This document shows, piece after piece, positions 19,458 through 29,272 of a stretch of 64,000 nt of DNA. A model generated the notes under the pieces. That model saw nothing but the letters and a program-made list of their open reading frames with translations, searched no databases and was not told where the DNA came from. How positions within the stretch are numbered: position 1 is the first letter of the stretch; each line of letters begins with the position of its first letter. Source of the DNA: a bacterium (GTDB lineage: Bacteria; JAMCPX01). The stretch lies in the NCBI GenBank assembly GCA_037439545.1, contig JBBIVV010000001.1:96001-160000 (forward strand), read 5' to 3'. A program made the position numbers and the translations under genes.

Positions 19458-21839
19458 ATGTTTCATAAACGGGTTAAGAGATTTATAAATTATGCAGTCT
19501 ATTACAGCATAGCATTGCCGGCGTTTTCACTCTTTATAGCTCAAACAGCAATGGGTGCCTCTGTATCAGGCACAATCACGGATGGTTATACGAATGCGCC
19601 TATGAAGAATACCGAAGTAGATATAAGATCAAGCATAAAATCAGGCAGTCCGTTCATAAAAAAAGCAGCCTCTGATAATAGCGGCAGATATGCGATAGGG
19701 GATATACCTGCAGGAACTTTTGTAATTGAAATAAAGTATACCGGCTATGAACCCGTGCAGAAGGATGTTGCATTGACTGCCAATGAACAGCTCACACTGG
19801 ATGTCCAGCTTGTTCCTGTTTCCGTCATTGAAGGAAAGGAGTTTGTCGTTACATCGAGCAGGATTATGCAGAAACATATAAACAAGGTCGAATTGAGCAA
19901 GCCGTCTACTGAGTTTGTCGTAGGCGGGCAGGAGGTAAAGCGGATTGCAGCAGGACTGGAAAACCCGGTCCAGGCAATCGTAACGCTGCCGGGTGTATCC
20001 GATGCCGGAGAGCTTTCATCTTACATGTACGTGCTTGGAGGCGATGCGGGTGAGAACACCTATTACCTTGACGGCATCCCCTTGTTTGATCCCACACATC
20101 TGGGAGGGGCGACGAGCGTGTACAACGATGATATGGTCGATGTAATGCAGTTCTATCCGGGCGGTTATCCGTCATGGTACGGAAATGCGCTCAGGGGCAT
20201 CCTCAATGTCAATTATAAAGATGGTGATAAGGAAAAATATACGGGTAAGATCAATGCGAGCCTGATAGATGCATCTCTCCTTGCACAAGGGCCGATAGTA
20301 AAAGATAAAGCATCGTTTATCATTACCGCAAGGAGAACCTACTATGATTGGCTCATAAAGGCTCTGAACCTTGCAAAAGACGTCGTGATACCGAGCTTCT
20401 ATGATGTTCAGGCAAAGCTGTCTTACGTACCGGATGATACACTGAAGATATTTGCCGATTATCTTGTCGCTGGTGACAGCGTATCGGGTTATTTGAAGCA
20501 GTCGGATCAATACAACCAGCCAGGATACGGCAATGTCTACTGGATGCACCTGCAGAATGTACTCGGTATAGGGCTCGAGTATACACCTGATAAATTTCTC
20601 AAGTATGAACAGGTTATTTACGGTGCAACGGACAAAAACGACGCATCTCTGGTGGGTTCAAGCTCAAACATAGCGCACACACTTATCCAGCAGGCAGGGT
20701 CAAGGGGAACGCTGAACTTGTATCCGTCGTCCTGGGATAATTTATTCTTAGGATACGAAGTGGAATATGCGCCTGTAAATGCGTCAGCTTCTCTTATGAG
20801 TGCACTCGTTGTCGGCTCTTCACAGAACCAGACTACCAACTACAGCACAAGGAATCAGGGACAGGCTAACCTGTCCGTGTCGGACCTGTTCAAAATCTAC
20901 AGCGGCTTTTTGGGCAACAGGGTTACCATTGCAAAAAAGTTTTTTATTACGCCATCTCTCCGCTACGATTACTTTGAGCTCAACCGGCAGGCAACCTACA
21001 GCCCGAGATTGGAGCTCGGGTATCAGATCGACAAACAGGAAACGATTAAATTCGTTACAGGACAGTACCATCAGCTCCCGCTTGCCCAGATAGCACTTAC
21101 TGACAACGCATCGCTGCTCTCCGAAAAATCGACGCATTTCATCCTCACCTACGAAATCAACACCGATAATTATTACGGCAGGGCAGATGCCTTTTACATA
21201 TTGGACAATGATTTGATCTATACGTGGATAAACCCAGCCAATATAACCTTTATAACCCCCTGCGAGCCTGTCGTTAAAATAAGTTCCGCCAATTCCGGCA
21301 GAAGGATGGTATACGGAGGAGACATCATGATCCAGCGTTATGTTACGGGCGAATGGGACGGCTGGATAAGCTATACCTACTTATTTATAAAGCAGCAGGA
21401 CCAGGCAGGCGGACCATGGTATTTCCCGCAGCAGGACCAGAGGCATACCATCAATGTCGTTGCCGATTACAGGCCGTTTGTTAACTGGGAGTTTTCATGG
21501 AGATTGAGCATGCATTCAGGGAACCCTTACACGCCGGTCACCGGGACCACCGTAATCCAGAACCCGCTGTCGCAATGTCCGGACCAGCCGAAAACCGTGA
21601 CCATGCCGCTTCAGGGTTATCCTGATTCTGCACGGTTCCCGTTCTATAACCGCCTGGATTTCAAGGCACAGAGAAGTTTTGTGTATTCTGCGTCAACGCT
21701 TAAGGTATACCTTGATGTTATAAATTTGCTGTACAGCCAGAATGTCGACGGATACTTCTATAACAGCACTTATACACAGCGGAAAACGATAAATTCACTC
21801 CCGATTATACCTTATGTTGGCGTAGAGTATGATTTCTAA
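19458..21839 (+). CDS. TonB-dependent receptor with N-terminal carboxypeptidase-regulatory-like domain
   Basis: Signal peptide, plug region (LPGV..., YYLDGIP, GGYPSWYG), beta-strand pattern, C-terminal Phe; followed by TonB. Confidence 0.88.
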   Translation: MFHKRVKRFINYAVYYSIALPAFSLFIAQTAMGASVSGTITDGYTNAPMKNTEVDIRSSIKSGSPFIKKAASDNSGRYAIGDIPAGTFVIEIKYTGYEPVQKDVALTANEQLTLDVQLVPVSVIEGKEFVVTSSRIMQKHINKVELSKPSTEFVVGGQEVKRIAAGLENPVQAIVTLPGVSDAGELSSYMYVLGGDAGENTYYLDGIPLFDPTHLGGATSVYNDDMVDVMQFYPGGYPSWYGNALRGILNVNYKDGDKEKYTGKINASLIDASLLAQGPIVKDKASFIITARRTYYDWLIKALNLAKDVVIPSFYDVQAKLSYVPDDTLKIFADYLVAGDSVSGYLKQSDQYNQPGYGNVYWMHLQNVLGIGLEYTPDKFLKYEQVIYGATDKNDASLVGSSSNIAHTLIQQAGSRGTLNLYPSSWDNLFLGYEVEYAPVNASASLMSALVVGSSQNQTTNYSTRNQGQANLSVSDLFKIYSGFLGNRVTIAKKFFITPSLRYDYFELNRQATYSPRLELGYQIDKQETIKFVTGQYHQLPLAQIALTDNASLLSEKSTHFILTYEINTDNYYGRADAFYILDNDLIYTWINPANITFITPCEPVVKISSANSGRRMVYGGDIMIQRYVTGEWDGWISYTYLFIKQQDQAGGPWYFPQQDQRHTINVVADYRPFVNWEFSWRLSMHSGNPYTPVTGTTVIQNPLSQCPDQPKTVTMPLQGYPDSARFPFYNRLDFKAQRSFVYSASTLKVYLDVINLLYSQNVDGYFYNSTYTQRKTINSLPIIPYVGVEYDF

Positions 21840-22482
21840 TGATCCGGCCAGACCTAAAAGCGGTGTAGACGGTCGGTTTAAATATTTCCTTTCAGGTTCT
21901 CTTTTTATACATGGCTTATTTCTGTTTTTCGTAGTTTTTTTCCGGATAATTTCACCGAATGTGCAAGTTTCTTCCATAACCATTAACCTCACTATGTCCG
22001 GAGGCGGCGGCGCACCGGTAAAACAGTCTGAAAATAAAAAAAACCCCGTCGTTATTCCAAAACAAGAGAACAAAATGGTCCTGCCGGACAAAAATGCCAG
22101 GCAAAAACAGGAGGCAGAACAAATTACAGGCCAAACGACAGCGAGTACTGCGACAGCACAATCCGGCACAGGTAACGGATTCGGAACAGGTCAGGGGGTC
22201 GTGTCATCGAATGAACTCGATAGTCAGCCGTCTCTAATTAAATTCAAGAACCCTGTTTATCCTGTTGAAGCAAGGAAGAGAGGTTTAGAGGGTGTTGTTC
22301 TGTTAAAGGCCCTCGTAGCGCCGGATGGCAGGATAAAGGATGTGAAGATCTTAAAATCAATCCCGATATTCGATGAGTATGCAGTGGATGCGGTGAAGCA
22401 ATGGAGGTTTACGCCGATTACTTCGCGCGGCAATCCAGTTTATGTCTGGATGATGATACCGATAAGGTTCCAGTTGAAATAG
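21829..22482 (+). CDS. tonB: Energy transducer TonB
   Basis: N-terminal TM with SLFIHG; C-terminal PVYPVEAR..GLEGVV...AVKQWRFTP...IRFQL. Confidence 0.9.
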   Translation: MISNDPARPKSGVDGRFKYFLSGSLFIHGLFLFFVVFFRIISPNVQVSSITINLTMSGGGGAPVKQSENKKNPVVIPKQENKMVLPDKNARQKQEAEQITGQTTASTATAQSGTGNGFGTGQGVVSSNELDSQPSLIKFKNPVYPVEARKRGLEGVVLLKALVAPDGRIKDVKILKSIPIFDEYAVDAVKQWRFTPITSRGNPVYVWMMIPIRFQLK

Positions 22483-22485
22483 TGC

Positions 22486-22514
22486 TTCGCTCATCACACA
22501 AACTTCCCCCTATT
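22486..22514 (+). repeat. Dispersed repeat copy (MITE-like end B)
   Basis: TTCGCTCATCACACAAACTTCCCCCTATT, near-identical to 17950-17976. Confidence 0.75.
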
Positions 22515-22620
22515 CTGAAAACGTATTCTCCGGTTGATTTCTCGTGAGCTTACTGCGAAGAAGTTGATTTATTGGCTGGCGGTGGTATCATGTTGCGATC
22601 CCCGACAAAGGAGAATAGAA

Positions 22621-24075
22621 ATGCCGATGAAAACACCGGAAGAATATATTAAGAGCATTGAAAAACTCAACCTTGTGGTATATATGTTCGGCAAGCGGGT
22701 TGAAAATGTAGTGGACAACCCTATCATCAGACCATCCCTGAATGCCGTTGCCATGACATATTCCATGGCACTCAAGCCGGAATATGCGGACATAATGACT
22801 GCAACTTCGCACTTAAGCGGGAAAAAAATAAACCGTTTTACCCATATTCATCAGCATGTGGACGATCTTGTCAAAAAAAGCAAGATGGGCAGGCTTATGG
22901 GCAGCCATACGGGCTGTTGTTTCCAGCGGTGCGTAGGAATGGATGCCCTCAATGCCCTGTCTATCGTGACCTACAATATCGATGCGAAGCACGGGACAGC
23001 ATACAATAAACGTTTCTTGAAGTATCTTGAATACGTTCAGGAGAACGATCTCGTCTGTGACGGTGCAATGACCGACCCGAAAGGCGACCGCTCCCTGCCG
23101 CCGCACAAACAAAAAGACCCTGACCTGTATCTCAGGATTGTCGAGGAGAAAAAAGACGGCATTGTCGTGCGTGGTGCCAAGGCGCATCAGACAGGTGCCG
23201 TAAATTCTCACGAGGTCATAGTCATGCCGACGATTACCATGAGGGAAGAGGACGCGGACTATGCGGTTTCCTTCGCTGTACCGAGTGATACCAAAGGGAT
23301 TATGTATATCATGGGACGGCAGGCAAGCGATACCCGGAAACTCGAACAGGGCAGGATGGATCAGGGGAATATTTCTTTCGGCGGACATGAAGCCCTGATG
23401 GTCTTCGATGATGTTTTTGTGCCATGGGAGCGTATATTCATGAACAGGGAATATGGATTTTCAGGCCAGCTCGTGGAGCAATTTGCCTCTTATCACCGTC
23501 AGAGTTATGCATGCAAGGTGGGTGTCGGAGACGTTCTGATCGGTGCGGTTCAGACTATCGCGGAATACAACGGCACGGATAAGTCTTCGCACATCAAAGA
23601 TAAAATTGTAGAGATGAACCATCTTAATGAAACCCTCTACTGCGGGTGTATCGCCTGTGCGGCAGAGGGACATAGGGAGGACAGCGGGACATACAGCGTG
23701 GATCCACTGCTTGCCAATGTCCATAAGCAGAACGTGACGAGGTTCCCTTATGAGATATCCAGACTCGCGCAGGATATCGCCGGCGGTCTCGTGGTAACAC
23801 TTCCATCCGAGGACGACCTGAAATCAGAAGTGACCGGCACATGGCTGAAGAAATATTTTAAAGGCAAGGACAATGTCCCTGCGGAAAACAGGATGCGCAT
23901 CCTCAGATTAATCGAAAATCTGACTCTGGGCACTGCGGCAGTCGGGTATCTTACCGAGTCTATGCACGGAGCAGGATCGCCGCAGGCGCAGAGGATAATG
24001 ATATCCCGCCTGGTCAACATAAAGGAAAAACAAGGCTTCTCCAAGAAGCTGTGCGGCATAAAAGATAATAGTTGA
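22621..24075 (+). CDS. abfD: 4-hydroxybutyryl-CoA dehydratase / vinylacetyl-CoA isomerase
   Basis: CFQRCVGMDA and YHRQSYACK Fe-S ligand motifs, GAMTDPKGDR, ESMHGAGSPQAQ; AAGGAG before ATG 22621. Confidence 0.88.
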   Translation: MPMKTPEEYIKSIEKLNLVVYMFGKRVENVVDNPIIRPSLNAVAMTYSMALKPEYADIMTATSHLSGKKINRFTHIHQHVDDLVKKSKMGRLMGSHTGCCFQRCVGMDALNALSIVTYNIDAKHGTAYNKRFLKYLEYVQENDLVCDGAMTDPKGDRSLPPHKQKDPDLYLRIVEEKKDGIVVRGAKAHQTGAVNSHEVIVMPTITMREEDADYAVSFAVPSDTKGIMYIMGRQASDTRKLEQGRMDQGNISFGGHEALMVFDDVFVPWERIFMNREYGFSGQLVEQFASYHRQSYACKVGVGDVLIGAVQTIAEYNGTDKSSHIKDKIVEMNHLNETLYCGCIACAAEGHREDSGTYSVDPLLANVHKQNVTRFPYEISRLAQDIAGGLVVTLPSEDDLKSEVTGTWLKKYFKGKDNVPAENRMRILRLIENLTLGTAAVGYLTESMHGAGSPQAQRIMISRLVNIKEKQGFSKKLCGIKDNS

Positions 24076-24138
24076 TAGGCAGATGCATGGAATATTGTCA
24101 CCGCGTATAAAAAGAGTTATACTGAAAACAAGGTCAAA

Positions 24139-25650
24139 ATGAGACACATAATAAAGAATATTACCGGGAAACTTAAAACAGCAGTTCAGCGGCTTGTGCA
24201 GAAGTTCAGCAACCTGCCGCTTAAATTCAAGCTTACCATTGCCATGCTTATGATCATGATACTTATGGTCGGACTGCTTTCAATGCTGCACTACCAGAGT
24301 GAAAACCTGCTCCTGAAAAATATCATGGACGACACGCTTGAACTTTCATCGGCCATCCAGATTGGCGTTCAGCAACTGACCATGGGCCCCGGAAAAACGG
24401 ACGAGGCACGGTTACAGTCGTACATAAACAGCCTGAAGGAAAAAGGAGTCAAGGAAATAGCGATTGTAAACAATGAGAATCAGATCATTGCGAGCTCGAA
24501 CCCTAAACATAAAGGCAAGGTTATCTCGATCATCCATCCCAAAAAAGAGTTCGTGATAACTGCAAACCTCGGTGAAAAGCATGCCGCACTCCCTCAGAAG
24601 TCCTACAACATTATTGTCCCGATCATTGTCGGTAATGTCCAGCTCGGTTATGCGCATATAGTGATGCATCTCGATGATATCCAGCAGATGCTGGAGGCAA
24701 CTTTTTTTGAAAGGATATTGGTTACCATCATTATCCTTAGTCTCGGAATAGTCGGAATAATGTTTCTTTCCAATAGATATACAAAGCCGATATACAATGT
24801 GATCGAAGCGGAAAAAATGGTTGCAGAAGGCAACCTGTCCGTACGGCTGATCGAAGACCGCAACGACGAAATAGGGACTCTCAATAAAGGTTTCAATAAC
24901 ATGGTCAGAAGCATTTCTGAGAAGAAAGAGCTCGAGGACAAACTGCACAAGGCAGAGGATCTGTCGAGGTTAGGTCAGCTTTCGGCAGGACTTGCGCATG
25001 AAATCAAAAACCCCCTGAACCTCATAAATCTCAGCATCGATCATCTCAAGTCGAGAGCCTCTGAAGCAGACACAAGATCAAAAGATGAATTCATGGACAC
25101 TATGGACACCATAAAAGGAGAACTCTATCGCCTGAATAGACTTACGGAACAATTTCTGAACCATGGGAAAGCGGTCATTGAAAATAAAGAGTTAGTCAGT
25201 ATAAACCCGCTTCTCGATCATCTGACGGACCTTATCAGGACCAAGGCTGATTCACAGAGTATCAAGCTGAGCATAATAATACCGGATGAGCAGGTCAATG
25301 TTTACGGTGAAAAGGAACAGCTTAAAACGGCATTTCTCAATATAATGCTGAATGCGATGGATGTAATGCCTTATGGCGGTGTGCTTGAGATCAGACTGTC
25401 CCTTGCAGGCAATGGATGCAACATATCGTTCCGTGATACCGGGCAGGGCATACCTGAAGAAATTATAGACAAGATCTTTGAGCCGTTTTTTACGACCAAG
25501 GAAACAGGTATAGGGCTTGGACTTGCCATAAGCAAGGATGTTATCACACAGCACAACGGAAGTATTACGATTAAGACCACAAAGGACAAAGGCACTGAAT
25601 TCACGGTCCATCTGCCTCTGGCAAAAGCAGGAACATACAATGCAGTATAA
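24139..25650 (+). CDS. Membrane HAMP-domain sensor histidine kinase (NtrB-like)
   Basis: Two TMs, HAMP (DEIGTL..GFN.M), [23 protein letters not shown]. Confidence 0.92.
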   Translation: MRHIIKNITGKLKTAVQRLVQKFSNLPLKFKLTIAMLMIMILMVGLLSMLHYQSENLLLKNIMDDTLELSSAIQIGVQQLTMGPGKTDEARLQSYINSLKEKGVKEIAIVNNENQIIASSNPKHKGKVISIIHPKKEFVITANLGEKHAALPQKSYNIIVPIIVGNVQLGYAHIVMHLDDIQQMLEATFFERILVTIIILSLGIVGIMFLSNRYTKPIYNVIEAEKMVAEGNLSVRLIEDRNDEIGTLNKGFNNMVRSISEKKELEDKLHKAEDLSRLGQLSAGLAHEIKNPLNLINLSIDHLKSRASEADTRSKDEFMDTMDTIKGELYRLNRLTEQFLNHGKAVIENKELVSINPLLDHLTDLIRTKADSQSIKLSIIIPDEQVNVYGEKEQLKTAFLNIMLNAMDVMPYGGVLEIRLSLAGNGCNISFRDTGQGIPEEIIDKIFEPFFTTKETGIGLGLAISKDVITQHNGSITIKTTKDKGTEFTVHLPLAKAGTYNAV

Positions 25651-27013
25651 CATAGTCGTTGTCGACGATGAAATAAAACAGGCCGAGATAATAGTCAAAA
25701 TACTCGAAGACCACGGCTATAAAGTAAAGGGCACAAATAAACCGCACGAAGTTATCGACATAGCAAAACACAACCCCCTTGATCTTGTCATCACGGATCA
25801 GGCAATGCCGGGGATGGACGGAATAAAGCTGCTTGAAACACTTTCCTCGCTTCAGGATCCGCCGCTCGTAATTATCCTCACAGGGTATGGAACCATATCG
25901 AGGGCTGTCGAGGCCATGAAGAAAAAGGCTTTTGACTATATTACAAAACCCATTGATATGGAGCGGCTTTTACTCATCGTCAAAAATGCCCTCGAGCTGA
26001 AGAGGCTTGATAAGGAAAACAGAGAGCTGAGGGCGATTATAAAAGGTGAAGGACTTGATAATATTGTCGGCAGCAGCGGTATCATAGAGGACATAAAAAA
26101 AATAATAAGGAAGATAGCGCCGACCAATTCTACGGTTTTAATTACCGGGGAAAGCGGGACCGGCAAGGAACTTGTCGCACAGGGTATTCATAACTTAAGC
26201 CTCAGAAAAAATGCATCTTTTGAAGCGGTTAACTGTGCCGCAATACCCGACACGCTTATAGAAAGCGAATTGTTCGGTTATGAAAGGGGCGCATTTACAG
26301 GTGCAAATACGTCGAAGCAGGGTATTATCAGCGCATGCAATGGCGGGACACTCTTCCTTGATGAGATAAGCGAGCTCAGCCTCGCTGTTCAGGCCAAATT
26401 ATTACGGTTGATACAGAACAAGGAGATTAAGCCGCTCGGCAGTCCTGAGGTCGTTTCCGTCGACATAAGGATCATCGCCGCAACCAATAAATCCATCGAG
26501 CATGAGATAAAAAAAGGGAGTTTCAGGGAGGATCTGTACTACAGACTCAATGTGATACCAATACAGCTTCCGCCTTTGAGGGACAGGAAAACCGATATAC
26601 CGATGCTTATGGAGCATTTTCTGAAGAAGTACAATTCTATAGATTCAAAACACATTGAGAAGATCAACGATGATGCGGTTGCCCTGCTCCTGAAGTATAA
26701 TTGGCCGGGTAATGTCAGACAGCTCGAATCAGTCGTCGAAAGGGCTGTTCTGCTGACGGAGGGCAGCATTATATCAAAAGACGACCTGCCGTTAGAGATA
26801 AAAACAACACCCATAGATATAGATAAATATGAATTTGACCTGCCTGAAAATGGTATAAACTTCTATGAACTTGAGAAAGAAATACTTGTAAAGGCTATGA
26901 AAAAATCAGACGGCGTTATTGCTAAGGCTGCAAACCTGCTCGGTATGAGCTACAGGACGCTCCAGTACAGACTCGAGAAATTCGGGATCAACAGAAAATC
27001 GGAAGAAGTGTAG
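25640..27013 (+). CDS. Sigma54-dependent response regulator (NtrC family)
   Basis: REC domain, GESGTGKE, ESELFG, intact GAFTGA, FLDEI, WPGNVRQL, C-terminal HTH; start reassigned to 25640. Confidence 0.93.
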   Translation: MQYNIVVVDDEIKQAEIIVKILEDHGYKVKGTNKPHEVIDIAKHNPLDLVITDQAMPGMDGIKLLETLSSLQDPPLVIILTGYGTISRAVEAMKKKAFDYITKPIDMERLLLIVKNALELKRLDKENRELRAIIKGEGLDNIVGSSGIIEDIKKIIRKIAPTNSTVLITGESGTGKELVAQGIHNLSLRKNASFEAVNCAAIPDTLIESELFGYERGAFTGANTSKQGIISACNGGTLFLDEISELSLAVQAKLLRLIQNKEIKPLGSPEVVSVDIRIIAATNKSIEHEIKKGSFREDLYYRLNVIPIQLPPLRDRKTDIPMLMEHFLKKYNSIDSKHIEKINDDAVALLLKYNWPGNVRQLESVVERAVLLTEGSIISKDDLPLEIKTTPIDIDKYEFDLPENGINFYELEKEILVKAMKKSDGVIAKAANLLGMSYRTLQYRLEKFGINRKSEEV

Positions 27014-27042
27014 GGAAGGTTTTACCCAATTTTATACTGCTC

Positions 27043-27077
27043 TATTAACTTGAAAATGTAATAGGGAAGTTTGCTCA
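27043..27077 (+). repeat. Dispersed repeat copy (MITE-like end A)
   Basis: TATTAACTTGAAAATGTAATAGGGAAGTTTGCTCA matches 17849-17884. Confidence 0.75.
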
Positions 27078-27258
27078 ATTGATAAGTTCTGCCCCCGGCA
27101 CTGCACTAAAAAACTAAAAAAAGCGGGTCATGCTACCTCTATATGTATTCATGTTTCACCAGGATACCATATATTGTATATATCTGTCATAGTCGTTCTT
27201 TCTGCCATGCCAGGTGAAGGACGATGAATTTGAGAGCAACTTAAAATTTTGCTTTTCC

Positions 27259-27290
27259 TTGACAATCAAAAAATGGAGTTTGTATACAAT
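27259..27290 (+). promoter_or_regulatory. Putative promoter of the TCA cluster with overlapping palindromic operator
   Basis: TTGACA at 27259-27264; perfect palindrome TTGTATACAA at 27280-27289 over the -10 region. Confidence 0.55.
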
Positions 27291-27333
27291 ATTCAAGTTT
27301 ATAATTGTAGTATAAAATAAAAATGGAGGTAAC

Positions 27334-29259
27334 ATGGGTCAGAACATCGTACAAAAAATAATCTCAGCCCATCTTGTTTCAGGCAGGATGAATGCAGGTG
27401 AGGAGATTGCTATAAAAATAGACCAAACCCTTACTCAGGATGCTACCGGCACTATGGCATATCTTCAGTTTGAAGCAATGGGTATTCCCAGGGTGAAAAC
27501 GGAGTTGTCTGTCAGCTATGTCGATCACAACACATTACAAACAGGTTTTGAGAATGCAGATGATCACAGGTTTCTTCAAACGATAGCTTCAAAACATGGA
27601 GTTTATTTTTCAAAGCCCGGCAACGGTATATGCCATCAGGTACATCTGGAAAGATTCGGTATACCAGGCAAGACCCTTCTTGGCTCAGACAGTCATACCC
27701 CAACCGGCGGCGGCATCGGTATGATTGCAATGGGAGCAGGCGGGCTTGATGTCGCAGTTGCAATGGGTGGCGGCCCTTTCTACCTTAATATGCCCAAGGT
27801 CATACTGGTAAGATTGAAAGGTAAGCTGAAGCCCTGGGTGAGTGCAAAAGATATCATTCTTGAACTTCTCAAAAGACTGACGGTAAAGGGCGGTGTGGGA
27901 AAGATGTTCGAGTACGGCGGTGAAGGTGTGAAAACTCTTTCTGTACCTGAGAGGGCAACGATAACCAACATGGGTGCAGAGCTCGGCGCCACGACATCAA
28001 TATTCCCCAGTGATGACGCAACAAAGGCATTTATGACGGCGCAGGGGAGGGTAAAGCAGTGGAAGAGGCTTGAGGCGGACAAAGACGCAGGGTATGATGA
28101 GATTATCGATATCGATCTGTCAAAGCTTGTGCCCCTCGTAGCCCAGCCTCACAGCCCTGACAATGTCGTCGAGATCAAGGCAATAGAAGGTTTAAAGGTC
28201 AATCAGGTTGCAATTGGAAGCTGCACAAACTCTTCTTACAAGGACATGACAACCGTTGCGAAGATCCTGAAAGGCAAGAAAGTCCATCCTGACGTGAGTC
28301 TCGCCATATCCCCGGGTTCAAAACAGGTCTTAAACATGATCTCAAAATCAGGTGCGTTATCCGATATGCTTACTGCAGGTGCACGGATACTCGAAACAGC
28401 CTGTGGGCCGTGTATCGGTATGGGACAGGCACCTTCGAGTGCTGCAGTGTCCATAAGAACATACAACAGAAATTTTGAAGGCAGAAGCGGGACTCCCGAT
28501 GCAAAGATATATCTGTTGAGCCCTGAAACTGCAGCTTTTTCGGCAATAAAGGGTGTAATCACAGACCCGCGGAAAATGGGTAAGCCGGTGAAGGTGGCAA
28601 TGCCGAAGAAATTTGTCATTGATGACAGCATGATCATCTCCCCTTCGAAGCATCCTGAGAATGTCGAGGTCGTAAGAGGTCCGAATATAAAACCTCTGCC
28701 GAGGAAAGAAACTCTTGCCGACAGCATTTCGGGCTCGGTTATTTTAAAGGTGGGAGATAATATCACGACGGATCACATCATGCCTGCAGGAGCAAAGATA
28801 CTTCCATTACGATCGAATATACCGGCAATAGCGGAACATGTATTCGAGAGGGTAGACCCTGAGTTTGCAAAAAGGGCAAAGTCCAACAACGGCGGATTCA
28901 TAGTAGGTGGATCTAACTATGGACAGGGTTCAAGCAGGGAACATGCAGCACTTGCACCGATGTATCTGGGTATTAAAGCGGTCATTACAAAGTCGTTTGC
29001 AAGGATACACTATGCCAATCTTGTCAACTTCGGTATCATCCCGCTGGTATTTCAGAATGAGTCTGATTATGACCTGGTATCGCAGGGCGACACTATAGAG
29101 ATTGACGGCATTAAGAACCAGATAAAGAACGGAAATACGATACAGGTAAAGACAGGTTCGGGGAAAGAACTTGTTTTAAAGCATAGCTTGACACCTCGCC
29201 AGGTAGAAATCATAATTGCAGGCGGATTGTTGAATTATACAGTAAAAAATAATGCATAA
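27334..29259 (+). CDS. acn: Aconitate hydratase (short ~640 aa type)
   Basis: TQDATG, GICHQV, DSHT, IGSCTN, CGPCIG, NRNFEGR, NYGQGSSREHA; heads the TCA cluster. Confidence 0.9.
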   Translation: MGQNIVQKIISAHLVSGRMNAGEEIAIKIDQTLTQDATGTMAYLQFEAMGIPRVKTELSVSYVDHNTLQTGFENADDHRFLQTIASKHGVYFSKPGNGICHQVHLERFGIPGKTLLGSDSHTPTGGGIGMIAMGAGGLDVAVAMGGGPFYLNMPKVILVRLKGKLKPWVSAKDIILELLKRLTVKGGVGKMFEYGGEGVKTLSVPERATITNMGAELGATTSIFPSDDATKAFMTAQGRVKQWKRLEADKDAGYDEIIDIDLSKLVPLVAQPHSPDNVVEIKAIEGLKVNQVAIGSCTNSSYKDMTTVAKILKGKKVHPDVSLAISPGSKQVLNMISKSGALSDMLTAGARILETACGPCIGMGQAPSSAAVSIRTYNRNFEGRSGTPDAKIYLLSPETAAFSAIKGVITDPRKMGKPVKVAMPKKFVIDDSMIISPSKHPENVEVVRGPNIKPLPRKETLADSISGSVILKVGDNITTDHIMPAGAKILPLRSNIPAIAEHVFERVDPEFAKRAKSNNGGFIVGGSNYGQGSSREHAALAPMYLGIKAVITKSFARIHYANLVNFGIIPLVFQNESDYDLVSQGDTIEIDGIKNQIKNGNTIQVKTGSGKELVLKHSLTPRQVEIIIAGGLLNYTVKNNA

Positions 29260-29272
29260 AGGAGAGAAATAA

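Noticed and set aside
22586..22600. Sigma54 promoter upstream of abfD (TGGTATCATGTTGC)
   Set aside because: GG-to-GC spacing is 9 nt rather than the required 10
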